A stretch of DNA of 64,000 bases from Dehalococcoidia bacterium (GTDB lineage Bacteria > Chloroflexota > Dehalococcoidia > Dehalococcoidales > BS750m-G39): assembly GCA_030608005.1 (NCBI GenBank), contig JAUWIX010000003.1, positions 4,627 through 68,626 of the forward strand, read 5' to 3'. Both the position numbers and the translations under genes were made by a program. This document shows positions 63,183-64,000 of this stretch, piece after piece. Below the pieces are notes generated by a model. That model saw only the letters and a list, made by a program, of their open reading frames with translations. It had not been told where the DNA came from and did not search any database. The number at the start of each line of letters is the position of its first letter. Positions within the stretch are counted from its first letter, which is position 1.

Positions 63183-64000
63183 ATGAAAAAGCAAAATCAG
63201 AAGTCTGACGAGATATTGAATAAAAGGCGGCAACTGGGTCCTTTCCCAATGGAAAAGTTAAAAAGGGTTGAGCAGCCAACTACTCAAATTACTGAGAGCG
63301 TTCAGAGGATAGATAAACGGGAAGGGGTGGGAGAAAGGGCAGAAAGGGGCGATTTTGGACCTGTTGTAGCGAGGGAATTGGAACGCGATGTCGAAAAGTA
63401 TCCCCTCAGCGCTGTCGTGAGAAACATGGTATACTACCTTGGGCCTCGGGCCGAAGGAAAAGTAGCCCCCTCAAAGGCTCCGATACCGGAGGACCCTGAG
63501 ATTCTGAGCCGCCACATAAAATCCCTGGGCTACTTCCTCAGAGCAGATATTGTGGGAATTTGTCGGGTGCCTGCATATGCCGTCTACAGCCATGACGAAA
63601 AGGGAAACCCCATAGAACTAAAGCACAAGTTCGCTATCATAGTTGTGGTGGACCAGGATTATGATACCTTTCTCGGTTCCAATGGGTCTGATTGGATATC
63701 AGGTAGTCAGAGCTATCGCAGCTACTCCGCTACCTCCTTCATCGCCAGTCTAATAGCCGACTACATAAGGAAGCTTGGATATCCTGCCCGCGCTCATTTC
63801 TGTCAGAATTATCAGGTCGCCATAACACCTCTGCTCCTCTGGGCAGGCATCGGTGAGATGTGTCGAGTCGGGGTGGCACTCAATCCCTTCCTAGGAGTTC
63901 GCTTTAAGGCAGCGGCGATTACTACTGACCTTCCATTAGTGCCTGATGGTCCTATTGACTTTGGGCTGCAAGAGTTTTGCCGTGTTTGCAAGAAGTGCGC
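63183..64000 (+). CDS. rdhA: Second reductive dehalogenase homologue (partial, runs off the window), no TAT signal
   Basis: The product starts MKKQNQKSDEILNKRRQLGPFPMEKL and contains HIKSLGYFLRADIVGI and LGYPARAH segments. The window ends just as the first Fe-S motif begins (FCRVCKKCA). It was read by hand because it is absent from the ORF track. Confidence 0.65.
   Translation, partial: MKKQNQKSDEILNKRRQLGPFPMEKLKRVEQPTTQITESVQRIDKREGVGERAERGDFGPVVARELERDVEKYPLSAVVRNMVYYLGPRAEGKVAPSKAPIPEDPEILSRHIKSLGYFLRADIVGICRVPAYAVYSHDEKGNPIELKHKFAIIVVVDQDYDTFLGSNGSDWISGSQSYRSYSATSFIASLIADYIRKLGYPARAHFCQNYQVAITPLLLWAGIGEMCRVGVALNPFLGVRFKAAAITTDLPLVPDGPIDFGLQEFCRVCKKC

Overview
This is a 64-kb chromosomal segment with roughly 50% G+C in hand-counted samples. 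It comes from a strict anaerobe. The gene content fits a Dehalococcoidia/Chloroflexota-like organism, but that is inference only: HdrABC, an NADH-linked [FeFe] hydrogenase, tungsten-type aldehyde:ferredoxin oxidoreductase, two TAT-less reductive-dehalogenase homologues and ACR3. The left ~41 kb is a housekeeping backbone. It holds hdrCBA, surE, mutL, uvrD, speEH, a pyrR-pyrB-pyrC-carA-carB-pyrK operon with a classical PyrR attenuator, folE, thrC-hom and a triple-parvulin PPIase. Two things stand out in this backbone. (1) At least 13 intergenic clusters belong to a mosaic family of GC-rich palindromic repeat units. (2) Several cargo segments sit inside or against conserved operons; those I hand-sampled are low in G+C. 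They are two small genes in hdrCB|A, a membrane-anchored ORF in carA|carB, a single-chain type IIG R-M enzyme starting 4 bp after hom and ahead of thrC, and a 4.7-kb ars cassette (G+C not sampled). The ars cassette is bracketed by a ~52-bp direct duplication of the uvrD promoter and first codons. At 38.6 kb a tRNA-Pro(GGG) abuts a tyrosine integrase. To the right of it the palindromic units essentially disappear and the content becomes accessory and metabolic. That part holds a peptide-type ABC operon whose ATPase gene is reduced to a 27-codon stub and is followed by an AprAB-like flavoprotein/ferredoxin pair. It also holds an IS630-like remnant, a 460-bp ORF-free structured region, hymABC(D), an integrase fragment, a second AprAB-like pair, a VOC-AOR-ThDP decarboxylase-aminotransferase (Ehrlich-type) cluster, and two tandem cytoplasmic-type rdhA homologues without rdhB. 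A 24-nt promoter-proximal motif (CAGATAGAT-N-GTGRCA-N1-2-TATAAT-like) recurs four times. All calls come from reading the sequence and the ORF translations. No database search was run.
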